A stretch of 64,000 bases of DNA from the human T2T-CHM13v2.0 reference genome, Homo sapiens, in the NCBI RefSeq assembly GCF_009914755.1, contig NC_060929.1; one strand, written 5' to 3'. Numbering within the stretch: position 1 is the stretch's first letter; every line of letters begins with the position of its first letter. The translations under genes were made by a program, and so were the position numbers. Below are positions 27,401 through 41,775 of the stretch, piece after piece. Below the pieces are notes generated by a model. It made no database searches. It saw only the letters and a list, made by a program, of their open reading frames with translations, and was not told the DNA's origin.

Positions 27401-28856
27401 TTTAAAGATTGCAATGAATTATGTCACCTTCTTAGAGACACACAACTTTTGAATTAAAGAATCCTACTGATTTGCTCAAGTTTTATATAGACAGTAGCAT
27501 TAGAGTGGCAACACAGAAGTATAATGGGCCCACACAGTGGGCACTGTAGATCTTTATTTTATCAAGTATGTTAATTTAGCTATTGGGGTTTTAACTTGGG
27601 TTACCTCTTCTCAGAAGCAATATCCTAAGCATGCTGTTCTCATCAGTGGAATGGCAGGATTCCCTATTCACATTTGAAGATCTGCTAAGTCAGTCTACGT
27701 CAATGGTTCTCAACCACCTCCTTAAAGAAAAAAATTCAAATCAATAAATGCCCTGGCATTCCGATTTAATTTGTGTGGGTTGTGACCCACGTTTCAAAAG
27801 CTCCCCTTGTGATTCTGACCACAATGAAATTTCCCACCCAATCTGAGAACTCCCCAAGTGCAGCTGCTTTAATTGACCAAAAATACACCAACTTTATACC
27901 TTCCCACCAGTTTTTTCTAAGTTATTTCCCTTTCAGTCATAACTTTCTCTGATTATTATTTTTCTCAAACTTGTAACACACAGAGTAATCCTAGGTGTTG
28001 GTGTGAAACTGCTGTTTCCTGGGAAAGACCAGAGCTAACCTCTTCTATTTCAGCTACCACATATATTATTTGGCTTTTATGATGTTCTGAAGGTCGCTCC
28101 CCAAAGTAACAAAAGCCATTGTCTCCATTCTCTAAGGATGGAAACACAATATGATCTAAAAGCTTGTCTAGGTTTGGAAGTGATTAATGTAGATTCTTAT
28201 GATGAAGGAAATGAAAACGAGAAATCTGGATAAGTAATCACTGTTTCAACAAAAACAATTTCAACAAAAAATGAGCCTGAGACAGAGAACAAACTGATAA
28301 TGCCAACAGCTAATAAATTATTCTCTTAGTTTTCAAAACAGACTTTGTGATAACATTTAAAGTTTTGTAGGGTTTTTTGATTCATGAGACTTCCAAGTAC
28401 AGCCAGGAAGGAAAGGGACCCAGTTTCCCATGTTTCACAGGTACATTAAGTGGAATTTGAGCTGAGCAGAAGTTTTAACTGAATGCAGAAATGTGCCACG
28501 AAAGGAAGGTTTGATAGAGAAAAATCTCAGAGCTTCGTAAACCTGGGAGAGATGACCAATTTTCTCCTTGTCATATTCCCTGGGCCAAAAACTACACATC
28601 TTCAAACACGAGCTGTGAAACCATCTCAGAGGGTAACAGAGGCTGGACACTTTGGAACTCTGGTCAGGGCTTTGCCTCGTGTCTAACTATAGAAATGACA
28701 GCATTTCAGAGGAAATGTTTACCCTGGGAGGATGCAATCTACATGGTGAATTGGCTAGACAATCAGTTCCTCAATTGCACCTTCCTAGTCTTACCAGCCA
28801 AAAAGAGACAGTGAGACAGTGGATGCTCCATGGAATCCAATTATGTTTTCAGGTTT

Positions 28857-29156
28857 TTTTTTTTTTCTTTTTTTGAGACAGAGTCTTGCTTTGTTGCCCA
28901 GGCTGGAGCACAGTGGCACTATCTCAGCTCACTGAAAGCTCCACCTCCCAGCTTCATGCCATTCTCCTGCCTCAGCCTCCTGAGTAGCTGGGACAACAGG
29001 CACCCACCACCACGCCTGGCTAATTTTTTGTATTTTTAGTAGAGACGGGGTTTCACCCATGTTAGCCAAGATGGTCTCGATCTCCTGACCTCGTGATCCA
29101 CCCGCCTCGGCCTCCCAAAGTGCTGGGATTACAGGCGTGAGCCACCGTGCCCGGCC
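28857..29156 (-). mobile_element. AluY
   Basis: Antisense dimer with aagctcc...catgccattctcc and gatggtctcgatctcctgacctcgtgatcc; TSD tcaggttt on both sides. Confidence 0.93.
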
Positions 29157-29561
29157 TCAGGTTTCTTTTTCTTGAGGTTTTATACACAAAGTACCATTAA
29201 CTCAGCGATACGGAAATACTCCACCAACCACAATCAAATACACCTCCCACTTTACTATCTCTAGCCCCACATGTCCACATTTCTGCTTGATGACTCAAAC
29301 ATCTTCAAGTCGACATATTTCAAACAAACTCATGATGTTCTATCCACTATCCATATACTCTATAAGCATTCTGCTTATTCTCTTCCCTCTCTCAGTGGCT
29401 GACCTCCACCATCTACTGGTAATAAAATCTACAACACTAGAAATCAGCCTTGGTCCAGTCCATCACCAAATCCAAATCACCATCTTCTTCCACCTGGATA
29501 ATAACAGACTCCTAGCTACTTTCCTTGCAGTCCTCTTGCTACCTCTTATGCACTTTCCACT

Positions 29562-30007
29562 CTGTTAGAGAAACAGAAAAAACTGGACATAGATTTACTA
29601 TAAGAAATTGACTCACACAATTACAGAAGCTGAAAAGTCCCATGATCTGCTGTCTGCAAGCTGGAGATCCGGGAGAGCTGATGGTGTTGTTCCAGTTCAT
29701 GTCAGAAGGACTGAGAACCAAGGAGTAGATGGTATTAATATAAATTCCAATCTGAAGGCAGAAGACTAATGTCTCAAGTAGGCAGGCAGGCAGGCAACGT
29801 TATCTCTTGCTCAGTTTTTTGTTCTATACAGGTTATCAATAGATTAGATGAAACTCACTCGCATTAAGGAGGAACCTGTTTTATTCTTCAGATTCAAATG
29901 TTAATCTCATCCAGAAACACCCTCACAGACACACCTAGAATAATGTTTGACCAAATGTATGGGTACCTGTGGTTTAGTCAAGTTGAAAAATAAAATTAAC
30001 CATCACA
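29562..30007 (-). mobile_element. MLT2-family ERVL LTR inserted in an L2 remnant
   Basis: agatttactataagaaattgactcacacaatt...tctgcaagctggaga...aacaccctcacagacacacctagaataatgtttgaccaaat...aaaattaaccatcaca. Confidence 0.8.
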
Positions 30008-30089
30008 GGAATATTTTTTGCCCGCTTATACCACCAATCCATTTAAAATCCTTATTCTGCAAAGCCATACCTCACTTGCTTCCTACATC

Positions 30090-30437
<348 letters not shown>

Positions 30438-31020
30438 TAACTCATAAAATTACTTTCTTTCTAAAAGTCTTTATGCTGAATGCTGGTCCTTCTGCGTCTC
30501 TGTGCCCCTTAAGCCCAGTATAATCCATGTTTATTAACTAAATCAACTAGCTCTACACTGGGAAAGAAGAGCTGATTCAAAATGATGTTTTGTAATGGCC
30601 AAGCTTGCCTTTCATAGAAGCAAATCTCAAAATGGTTTTGCTCTAGAGGACATATCACTGCTTTCTGAGAGAAATAGTCTTCAAATGAGACTATCCAATA
30701 CATTTCTTAAGTCTTTAGAGTAGAAGCCTAGAATATTATGAATAGATTTTTCTTTCAACAGATCTCTACAAACTCAGCAGATTCATTGGTAAAACTTAAA
30801 TACCTATTTCAGATAAGAAGGAGCTTGAGTTTCAAAGTGACCCTTATTTGACTTAAAAGTAGAACTTATATAATTAGAGAAGATTATGTTCCTTCTTCCT
30901 ATTTTCTGGTGCTTATTTTATTTAAGCCAATCTCTATAATGCAAGTTGAAACTGGTTGAAATTGGTTCCCCTGAGTACAATGTGTTCAAGCCAAAGCAGG
31001 CAGTTAAAACAGGGATACCT

Positions 31021-31140
31021 GAGCCAGACACAGTGGTGCACACCTGTAATCCCAGCTATTCTGGAGGCTGAGGCAAGATTGCTCGAGCCCAGGAGTTCAA
31101 AACCAGGGCAACATAGTGAGACCCCTGTCTCTATAAATCC
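31021..31140 (+). mobile_element. Free Alu monomer (FLAM-like)
   Basis: gccagacacagtggtgcacacctgtaatcccagctattctggaggctgaggcaag...gggcaacatagtgagacccctgtctct. Confidence 0.75.
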
Positions 31141-31179
31141 ACCCCTCATTGTTATCCCTGTTTTATTTTTATTTTTAAT

Positions 31180-31700
31180 GTATCAACCTACCTGAGCTGG
31201 AACAACATTTCCCAAAATCCTTCCCTGAGTTAGCATGGCTGCATGAGGTTTGGAAGGTGAGAATGCAGCATCTGCCATACTCTTTTTGTGCTGGAAAATC
31301 AGTGCAGAGCCACAGGCACTGTTGGAGATCACCTGCTCGATCACCTTGTTAGTGTGGGGCAGCAGCCGAGACTTTAGTCTTTTGGCTCCCACCAATTTTC
31401 TTCTAGCTTCTCCAACTCCTGGGCTAGGTACATGCTGAGTTTCAGGAAGAAAGACAGAAGTGGTGGGAGATTGTCGTGGGTTCCAGTTCATCATCATTCT
31501 CCCCCACTTCACATCCATCTTTTTTTCCTGATTCCCATCCCACTGACTTCAAGCTCCAGCATCAGACACAAAGACAACCTTACCTAGATTGTTTAACCAG
31601 GTCTCCCAAATGTGTAAGGACAAATTCCTATAATAAACGAAATTATATATCTGTCTCATTCATAGATGTTATCTTTCTCTAATGGAGCCATGATCAACAA
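31180..31700 (+). mobile_element. ERVL solo LTR (LTR41-like)
   Basis: catttcccaaaatccttccctg...ttcaagctccagcatcagacac...tgtttaaccaggtctcccaaatgtgtaaggacaaattcctataataaa. Confidence 0.5.
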
Positions 31701-33499
31701 ACTTCCATGGAGCTTTCTAGCCAATTGACAACTCTTCAGCCAGATGTGATTCTCAGAAAGTTGGCACATCCATAATTTAAAAAGAAGCTGCCAACTTTTA
31801 AAGTTGAGCTGATTTTATCATACCATGTCAAGTTCCGTAATCTTTTGAAAAATTGGAAACCTGGACCTCCAGTGCAACACAGATGGTAGTTTTAAGTTCC
31901 CTAACCAGTCCACCCTCTGAAAACTATTAAGATTATTCAACATTCAAGCCCTAAAGGAGCGTGAGAACACAGAGACATCAGCTGATCATTGAGGCCCCTT
32001 TAACGTTATAGATTTTGCTAACCTAGATGAAATTTAGCTTCAGTTTTCATGGCCTCCTGGGTTATGGGAACAAAACAAATCTTGGGGTTCACTGAGGTGG
32101 GGAGTCTTAGAGATTTCACAGATGAAACTGGGACCCCCCCAGTTACCAAAGCCTCAGTGTAAGGGTGAAATAGAATCTAATCTGCCTAGTCTTCCCTACC
32201 TGGCCCTTCCACTCAGAGGACTACAAGGGAAATTGCCTGTCTTGAACCTCAGCACTGAATGAAAGGGGAAAAAATAAATTTCTCTACCACTTGATAACTT
32301 CAAACTGGCCTTCACTCTGGTTTGTAGCCTGGCTGAATTCATATCACCTGGATGGGCCTGAAATCTCAAGCAGAGAAATTAGTTTACGGTGGGTCCAAGT
32401 TCACGGTGGCACCAGTGAGTGATGGAAACAAATGCAAATCCTCTCTAGAGAAAACATCTTAAATGCAGGCTTCAAATAATTCCTGCAGATAAAAATCCAA
32501 GCAATGTGAACTCACAGTCAAGAAGGACAAAATACACTCGGAAACAAGGCACCATGAGCAAGAGAGCAGGCAGGAAAACAAGGCAGCCAATGTAGACCCA
32601 CAGAGGCTTCAGTTATGAGAATTAGCAGAGGAACAAACAAGTATGTTTACTATGCATAAAAAAACACAGGAATAAATTAACAGAGTAAAAAATAAAGACA
32701 TATAAAAATAACACATTAGAAAAGAAATGAAACAGAATTTCTAGAAATGAAAATACAATCTCAAAAAGCAAAATTCCAATGAATATGAGAAATAGAGAAA
32801 AATAAATCAATATGAACATATATCTGAAGAATTACCTCAAAAGCAGAGAGACAGAAGAATAGGAATGCTAGAGTAAGAACATCTAATCCAAATTGCAGAA
32901 TCAATGAGGAAAGAGAGACTAGGGCAAGAACAGTTTTCAAAGACATATCAGGTGAGTATTATCCTAAAGTGAAGAAAGACACAAAACCACAAGTTTAAAG
33001 GGTAAAAAAAAAAAATTAAATTAAAATTAAAATACTGCAAATAAAGCGAAATTTACATGCAGACATATCAGAATGACACTATAGACCATCAGAGATAAAA
33101 AAGGAGTAGGCGAGAAAAAAAAAACCAAGTAGAAGTTCTGGGATTGAGATTAGACTGACAGCTGACTTCTTCATCACAACAGTGAGAAGCAGAATGTGAA
33201 AGAATAGTAACTTTAATACCTGAGAGAAAATGATTGTCAATGCAGTGTTGTGGATATAGCCAAAATCTCTCTCACAAAAGGAGGGCAAATTAAAGATCTA
33301 TTCCAGAAAAACAAAACTGGGGGCTTACCCCAGAAGGCATCTACTAAAGGAAAATATCAAGGATTCTTTTGATATTGGAAAGCCTAAGGTAACAGAAGGA
33401 ATATGTAAAGAGTTAAATACGTAGACATAAATAAATGTTGATTGTATAAACAGTAGTCTTGCAGGATTAAAGAATACAGAACTAAGAGAATTAAGACAG

Positions 33500-35350
33500 C
33501 CAGGTAGTATCCTGAGGCCAGATAAATACACCAGAGAGTTTAGAAATAGATCCACACATATATGCTTAATTGATTTTCAACAAAAACATCAGTGCTGTTC
33601 AATGGGGAAAGGATTATCTTTTCAACTAATGGAGCTGGAACAACTGGATAAACCTATTAGAAAAAATGAACACTATTCTTAAAAATTAATTCAAGATGGA
33701 TCATAAATTTAAGCATAAATGCTAAAACTATAAAGATTCTAGAAGAAAACATGGGAAGAATATCTTTGTGACCTTGGGGTAGTCAATGGTTTATTAGACA
33801 AGGCACAAAAGTACTAAAAATTACAAATATTAATAAATTGAAATTTATCAAAATTAAAATAAAAATTTTAAGCTACTCATTAAGAGACACTGCTTAAAAA
33901 ATGATAAACTCATAGATTGGGAGAAAATACTTGAAATATATATGAAAAAGAATTTTTACTTAGGATATATACAAAATCAATAACAAAAATGCAAGTACCC
34001 TAATTGTAAAAAGTTGGGGGAGAGATTTAAATAGACCCCTTCCAAATAAACATATTTGAACACCCAGTAAAACACACAAAGGTGCCTAACAACATTAGTC
34101 ATCAAAAAAGTGAAAATCATAATAAAGTACTATTATGTAGCCACCAAAATTTCTATAATTAAAAAGACCCTCAACATCAATGGTGATAGGAATGTAAAAC
34201 TGCAAAACTATCCTGGAAAACAGTTTGACAATTTCTAATTGTATTATTAATCTATTGCTGTGTAACGCATTACCCCAAAACTTAGCAGTTTAAAACCACA
34301 GACATTTATTACCTTTCATTTTCTGTAGGTCAGGAATCAGGTGCAGCTTAGCTGATGGATCTGATTCAAGACTTTTTTATGAGGATGCTGTTAAGCTATT
34401 GGACAGGGCAGTGATCTTATCAAACGCTGGACTAGGGGAGGGTCCATTTCCAAAAACACTCTAGTGGTCATTTGTAGGATTAAGTTCTCTGTAGACTGTT
34501 GGACTGAACACCTTAGTTTTTCTTGGGCTCATGGCCTCCCCTCCCTCAGTTTCTTGGGCCTCTCCACAGGGCAGCTATCAACATGGTAGCCGGCTTCCCT
34601 CAAATTGAAAGAGTGAGAACAAGAGCCTAAGATGGAAGCCACGGTCTTTTTACATCTTAAGCTCATAAGTGATATCCCACTAATTTTGCCATATTCTACT
34701 TGTGTAGAAGGAAGTCATTACGTCCAGCCCACGTTGAGGGGAGAGAATAACATAAGGGCATGAAAACCAGGAGACAAGGATTCCTGGGGACCATCTTAGA
34801 TGCTGCCTCACCACACACATTAAAGACATGCCTGTCTTATAACCTAGTCATTCCACTCGAAGCTGCCTGTTCAAGAGAAATGAAAACTTTTCCTCAAAAA
34901 GACTTGTGTAAGAATGTTCATAGTACTTTCTACAAAATAGCCACAAACTGTTAACAACCAGATGTCAATTAACAGTAGAGTGGGTAAACAAATCATGGTC
35001 TATTCATGCAATCAACCACTACTAAGCAATAAAAAGAATGAACAACTGATGAACAGAGCCACACGGAAGAATCTCTAGTTTCAAAAATCATAAAAGAGTA
35101 AAAATCTATTATTCTCATTATATGAAGTTCAAAAACAAGCAAGATTTATCTGTGGTGCTAGAAATCAGAAGAATGCGTGCCTCTGGAGGGTGGTGGGTGT
35201 GAATGCAGAGAAGCATGAGGTGACTTTCTGGGGTACTGGTGTTGGATGCGATGGTGATTACCTGAAACTATACATCTATCAAAATTCATCAAAGTATATA
35301 AGTAAGATTAGTGCAATTTACTGTATATAAGTTCTACCTCAATAAAAAGT
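33500..35350 (+). mobile_element. Second L1 (L1MB/L1MC-like), 3' portion nested in the older L1
   Basis: ORF2 C-terminal remnant (ttcaatggggaaaggattatcttttcaactaatggagctggaacaactggata) running through a 3'UTR that ends tacctcaataaaaa at ~35345. Confidence 0.7.
34240..34815 (-). mobile_element. MLT1-family (MLT1F-like) MaLR LTR
   Basis: tgtattattaatctattgctgtgtaac...ttaccccaaaacttagcagtttaaaac...gggaccatcttagatgctgcctcaccaca. Confidence 0.8.
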
Positions 35351-35769
35351 CATCTGAAATTTTAAAAATTTCGGTTATATTAAAGACCTCTAAAAACATA
35401 ATAGAATAGTTGATATTTAAAATGACAGAAAAATGTGTCCAAGGCAAATAACAGAAGCATAGTGGAAAAACTATACTAATAGGAAAATAAATTTTAAGGC
35501 AGAAAGCATTACAAGAAATAAAGAGAATCACTATATATTAAGATAAAGAGGATAAACCAATTCCAAGCTGGTATGCATCTAATAACATGCCTCTTTTAGT
35601 AAATGATAAAACAGATAAAAATAGATATGAATATTCAAAAAATTTGAGTGGAACAACTAAATAACTTGAGTTAATAAGACATATAATATGGCACCAACAA
35701 CTGAAGAACACATTCTCTTCAGGTAGGCATGCAAGATTTATACATACTGAGACAAAAAGGTAGTTTCAA

Positions 35770-36038
35770 TTTTTTCTTTTTTTTGAGATGGAGTCTCGCT
35801 CTGTTGCCCAGCCTGGAGTGCAGTGGTGTGATTTCAGCTCATTGCAGCCTCCTTTTCCCTCTGGGGTAGCTGGGATTACAGGCGTGTACCACCATGCTCA
35901 GCTAATTTTTGTATTTTCAGTAGAGATGGGGTTTTACTATGTTGGCCAGGCTGGTCTCGAAATGCTGACTTCAGATGATCTGCCCACCTCAGCTTCCCAA
36001 AGTGCTAGGATTATAGGCGTGAGCCATTGAGCCCGGGC
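35770..36038 (-). mobile_element. AluS with internal right-arm deletion
   Basis: Antisense Alu lacking the ggttcaagcgattctcctgcctcagc segment; TSD tcaattttt. Confidence 0.9.
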
Positions 36039-37377
36039 TCAATTTTTAAGGAACTGATGTTATACAGAAAATGTTCTCTATTATAAGATTGTCAGTTCAA
36101 AAACAATGTTCAAAAGTTCAAAATTTAAAAATACTAGAAATCTATACTAATAAATCTTATGTATTTCTAAAACTAAAGAACGCCCTTCTATAAACCTCAT
36201 AGGCCAAAAAGAGAAGTCATACTAAAATTAGAAAATATTTACACCTATATTATAAATACTCCTTTGGGATGCCGTCAAAGAAAAATTCATAACTTAAATG
36301 CATATATTAAAATTTGGAAAGGCAAAAATTAACAAAACAGCACATTTTAGAACTTGAAACAACTGGAGAATTATCTGGGACAAGACAGATAAATTTATGA
36401 ACTAAACATAAAAATAGATCAGATTGACAAACCCAAAAGTTAGCTCCTTGAAAGGACTAATAATAAACCTCTGGCAGTACTGTTCAAGGCAAAAAGAAGA
36501 CGTGAAAAAAATATGTGGGACAAAAAAAAGACAGACAGCTACAAACGCAGGGGGCATCTTATTTTTTATTTTTAAAAATCTTCTTTATCAGTGCAAAGGA
36601 GAATAGCAGGGGACATTTTAAAAATGAGGATATTATTTTAAAAAGACTTTGTCAACAAATTTAACCTTTATATGAAATGGAAAAAAAAAGCTAACTTACA
36701 AAAAAAACTGGAGAAGAAACACAAAACCTCTATGAGGCTGTAATTATTTTTTGGTGGAAAAACATGTATTTTTCATGCCCAGAGGGTTTATCAATGTGTT
36801 TAAACATACAAGGCACAAATAATTCTAATCTTTCATAAACAATTCTGGATTATAGAAAAGTGATAGAACCCGACATTGGTATTACAAGAAAGAAAAATTA
36901 TAGAACACACTCTTTTATGAATACAGATGCAAATTACCAAAAAAAATGAAATATTTTCAGAAATATATAGAAAAGATAATACATAATGACAAAGTTGGGC
37001 TCAAGCCAAAAACACAGGAGTAGATAGTTATTGGAAAATTAATATAATTCACCACATTAATATATTAAGGAGAAATATATTATCTTAATAGATATTCCAT
37101 TATATAAAATAGCATTTGATAAAATTCACATTAATTAATGATAGAAACTTTTGGCAAAATGAGAATAGAAGAGAACTATCTTATTAAAAGGCATTAGGGG
37201 AGAAAAATCCTAGAATAAAAAACATACTTAATGGTAAATTTGGTAAATTGTTGAAAAATTTCCTCTTTAAGGTGAGGAAGAAGCAAGGTTCTCATTTCTT
37301 TACTTCTAATCAACACTGTATTGTATGGTTCTAGACAGTATAGTAAAAAAAGAAAAAGAATTAGTATAAGAAATGAC

Positions 37378-37641
37378 AGTCGCGCGCAGTGGCTCATGCC
37401 TCTAATCTCAGCACTTTAGGAGGCCCAGGCAGGCAGATCACTTGAGTTCAAGATCAGGCTGGCCAACATGGTGAAACCCTGTCTCTACTAAAAATACAAA
37501 AATTAGCCAGGTGTGGTGGTGGGCACCTGTAGTCCCAGCTACTTGGGAGGCTGAGGCTGTAGTAAGCCAAGATTGCGCCACCGCACTTCAGCCTGGGCAA
37601 CAAGAGTGAAACTCTGTCTCAGAAAAAAAAAAAAAAGAAAA
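37378..37641 (+). mobile_element. AluSq/Sp-like with two internal deletions
   Basis: Diagnostic gggcaacaagagtgaaactc; deletions at cacttgag^ttcaag and ggaggctgagg^ctgtagt. Confidence 0.9.
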
Positions 37642-39194
37642 ATATAAAACTTTCACAAATTAACATAATTTATAGTTGCAATGAAAACCTAAAATAACCT
37701 ACAGATAGATTATGAAAAACAGCTTACCTAGGTGTTGATTTTTAAGATCAACATACCAAAAAAGTCAATTAGATATCTATATTTCAGGAAAATAGGATAT
37801 CTATATTCCAGGGAATAGGAGAATGAGAAATACTTTTTTAAAAAACACCATTTTCAATAGCTACAAAAGATAGGTTAAACTATTGAAATACATCAAATAA
37901 AACATAAGTAATTGGAGATAGCTACAGTGTCCATGGATTGAATTTGAATCCCATCCAAATTCCAAAAGAATTTCCTTATGAAACTTAAGTTCATTCCAAA
38001 ATGTATGTGGAAGACCCAAGAATCGCTAAGACATTCTTGAACAAGAATAAGGTAAGAGGATTTGCCTTATGAAGTATAAAGAATTTTAAAACTCAAGTAA
38101 GCTACAATATTTAATTAAACAATATTTTGCAGGGATAGACAAATAGAATAATAGACTAGAAAACCCCAAAAGAGAGCCATAAAGGTATGGGAATATTATT
38201 TATGATGGACCTAAATATTGGCTTTTTCAACATATGTTGAGATAATCTCCATCTCTTTTGACCCCAACCTCAGACTATACACAAAATTAATACCTGATGA
38301 ATTAGAGACATAATGAAAAAAGAAAACATAAAACCTTTGAAAACAATATAGAAGAGCTTCATGACCTCAGTGTAGGGAAGGATTGCTCAGGTAAGACACA
38401 GAAAGTGCAATCCCTATTCCAAAAGACCATAAATTTGTCTGCATTAAAATGTAAAACCTCTGTTCATCCACAGATGGTAAATATAAAAGACAAACCACAA
38501 ACGGAAAGAAGAAATTGTCAATACATAGAACGGCTGAATATTTTTCAGATTATATAAAAGTATTCCACAAATCACACAAAAAATAAAAAATAGACAAAAA
38601 TAGAAATAAACAAAATAGATGAAAACATTTCACTGACAAAAATCCCAAATGGCTTACAAATGACAAGATGCTTAACTCCATTAATAATTAGGTAAATGCA
38701 GTTTTAAAAGACAATGGCATCCCATTTCACAGTCATTTCATACTTAGCTGTATCAAATGTCAGCAAGAAAGTGAACAACTGGAACATTATACACTAGTGG
38801 GAAAGTCAGTTGGAGCAATCACTTTGGAAAGCTATTTGCCATTATCTAATAAAGCTGTAGATATGCAGATCCTTAGGAGTAGCAAGTCTACTCTCCCACA
38901 TTAGTCTGAAAGAGACTTTTGCATTCAGGCATCAGGAGCCACACACAAGAATGTTCATGGTTGCACCATTTGTAAAAACAAAAACCCAAAACCAACCCAG
39001 TGTTCGACAGTAGAATGGACAAATAAATCATGGTATATGGTAACACTAGGGAAATGGAATAAATTACAGCTATGTGCTGAAATGTAGAATAACCTCAGAA
39101 ACATCATATTGAGGAGGGAAAACAAAAGTCATTAAAGAATTATAAAGTGGAATTATTCTGCGTGTGAAGTATGCAATAGTAGTGTATTGTTTAA

Positions 39195-39721
<527 letters not shown>

Positions 39722-39774
39722 TAAAATTTAATAATTCAGATCAAAATTCAAAACATTTTAAATTAGAAAACACT

Positions 39775-39987
39775 AAAATCAGAAGCCCTGGCAACCACTG
39801 GCCAGGTTAGATAGAAGAGCAGCTGTCCCCGTAGACAGCATCTCCATCGCCTCATTCACATTTAGGCCAGTGCCACATACCATGTTACTGTTCTGGGAAT
39901 GTCATTTTACTTACAGCTTTCTCATGGGTTACTCACTGTCATCACCTATTTAGTCTTGGTGGGGGCACCTGAGTTTATGACCCTTGG
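39775..39987. mobile_element. hAT-Charlie fossil (MER102-like), 3' part
   Basis: aaaatcagaagccctggcaaccactggcc...gcagctgtccccgtagac...ggcacctgagtttatgacccttg. Confidence 0.5.
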
Positions 39988-39994
39988 ACTAGAG

Positions 39995-40177
39995 CCGTGC
40001 TTCTCAAAGTGTGGCCCGCCGAAACAAGCAGCATCAGCATCACCTGGGAACTTGTTACAAATGTGGATGTGTGGGCACCCCTCTAGACTTACTGAATCAG
40101 TAACTCTAGGGGTGGACCCAGCACTGTTTTCACAAGCCCACCAGGTGATTCTGATGCTCACATTTGAGAACCATTCT
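39995..40177. mobile_element. MER5A hAT-Charlie MITE
   Basis: gtgcttctcaaagtgtgg...cagcatcagcatcacctgggaacttgtta...actgaatcagtaactctagggg...ccaggtgattctgatgc...tttgagaacca. Confidence 0.85.
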
Positions 40178-40496
40178 TCTTGAAGATATGGCACAGCCTG
40201 GCCCGGCCCAGCTCCGGCCCCCACCCTTCCTGGCCACTCCTCCTTTCTGCATCTCTTCAGTGAGGCTCTTCTTTCTCCTCTGAGAGGGTTGCAGTTTCTC
40301 CTAATGGAAGTAGTGTTCATTTCCAAGAGTCAGCAGGACCCTTAACTGCCACTCCCATCAGGAGGAAACCTTCCATTTTTCCTTACTACATGCCATCTAA
40401 ACAATTGTGTTGTGGTCATTAATTTATGGGCAGAGGTTGACGGACATCACTTCAGGAGTGATGCTCTCTGCAGTTTCCACAGGGTTTTGGTAGGAG

Positions 40497-40868
40497 TGTA
40501 CTAGTCCATTTTATTACTGCTATAAAGAACTGCCCGAGGCTGGGTAATTTATAAAGGAAAGATGTTTAATTGATTCACAGTTCCCCATGGCTGGGGAGGC
40601 CTCAGGAAACTTACAATCATGGTGGAAGGTTAAGGGGAAGCAAGGAACCTTCTTCACAAGGTGGCAGGAAGGAGAAGTGCCAAGCGAAGGGGGAAAGCCT
40701 CTTATAAAACCATCAGATCTCATGAGAACTCACCATCATGAGAACAGCATGGGGGTAACCACCCCCATGATTCAATTACCTCCCACCAAGTCCCTCCCAT
40801 GACACGTGGGGATTATGGGAACTACAATTCAAGATGAGATTTGGGTGGGACACAGCCAAACCATATCA
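40497..40868 (-). mobile_element. THE1 (THE1D-like) MaLR solo LTR
   Basis: tgtactagtccatt...cacagccaaaccatatca with a perfect 5-bp TSD aggag at 40492-40496 and 40869-40873. Confidence 0.93.
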
Positions 40869-41584
40869 AGGAGCTTTATCTCAGTGGAAAGACTAGCGTG
40901 TGAACAACTTCTGTTAAGTCTGCTTGAACATCAAAGGACATTAAGCTGGGCTGTAAAACAGAAAGCCAGTTACCTTTTTTGTCACTGCTTCCAGGAAATC
41001 ATCATCTCTATTTTGTTGCAGCCTTTCACAATAGGACACTTTCAGAGTAGTGCCCTTTCTCACCACCCTGGTTCTTTCATGGCTGAGATGTGGGGAAAGG
41101 CAGGAGTCATTTCTGAGTCTACCTCTCCGGCCTGGGTCCCTCCTGCTAATCTCAGAGGCCTAGGCAGTGGGCAAGAATAAAGCGAATTCTAATGCCTGTC
41201 TGAAATGCCAGTCCTGCATCTGATAAAGCTCTGTAAGCTCCATACTTTTTTTCTATTTCAAGCTTTCTTTGTCACCAAACTATTCTGTTTATATTGAATC
41301 ATTCACTTTGAACTCTATGTACCAAGTTTGAACACATTCCAAATATCCTAAATTTGATATTGCTGAAGTAGACCGTTTAAATAAGTTATAAGAAATACTG
41401 TATAACCATGAAGTATGCATCACCCAGCCATATATACTACTATTACCTCACTATTGTTTACATAGATTGGTTTTAGAAATTTAAGCATTAACTTCTTGAA
41501 GAAAGGATTACAGAAAATAGGGGTAAAGATACAATAGATGGAAAGAAATACAGTTATTCTGGAACTAATATGGTATAAACAAAT

Positions 41585-41775
41585 ATTAGCTTTGGAGTCC
41601 ACTAAATTGAATTCAAATCTTGGCTCTGCCATTTTACTAGGAGTATAACCATGAGCAAGTCACTGTACCATAGATTCCTTGTTTGTATAATCAGGACTAT
41701 AGAAACACCAGATTGATAGGTTTTGGTGAGGATTAAATGAGATAACACATTAGCAGTGTCACCACCTAGTAACAA
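41585..41775 (+). mobile_element. MIR SINE
   Basis: agctttggagtccac...ttcaaatcttggctctgccatttt...gtgaggattaaatgagataa. Confidence 0.7.

Noticed and set aside
40190-40235. GC-rich patch as a CpG island or internal promoter
   Set aside because: Only ~45 bp with two CpGs, far below island size.
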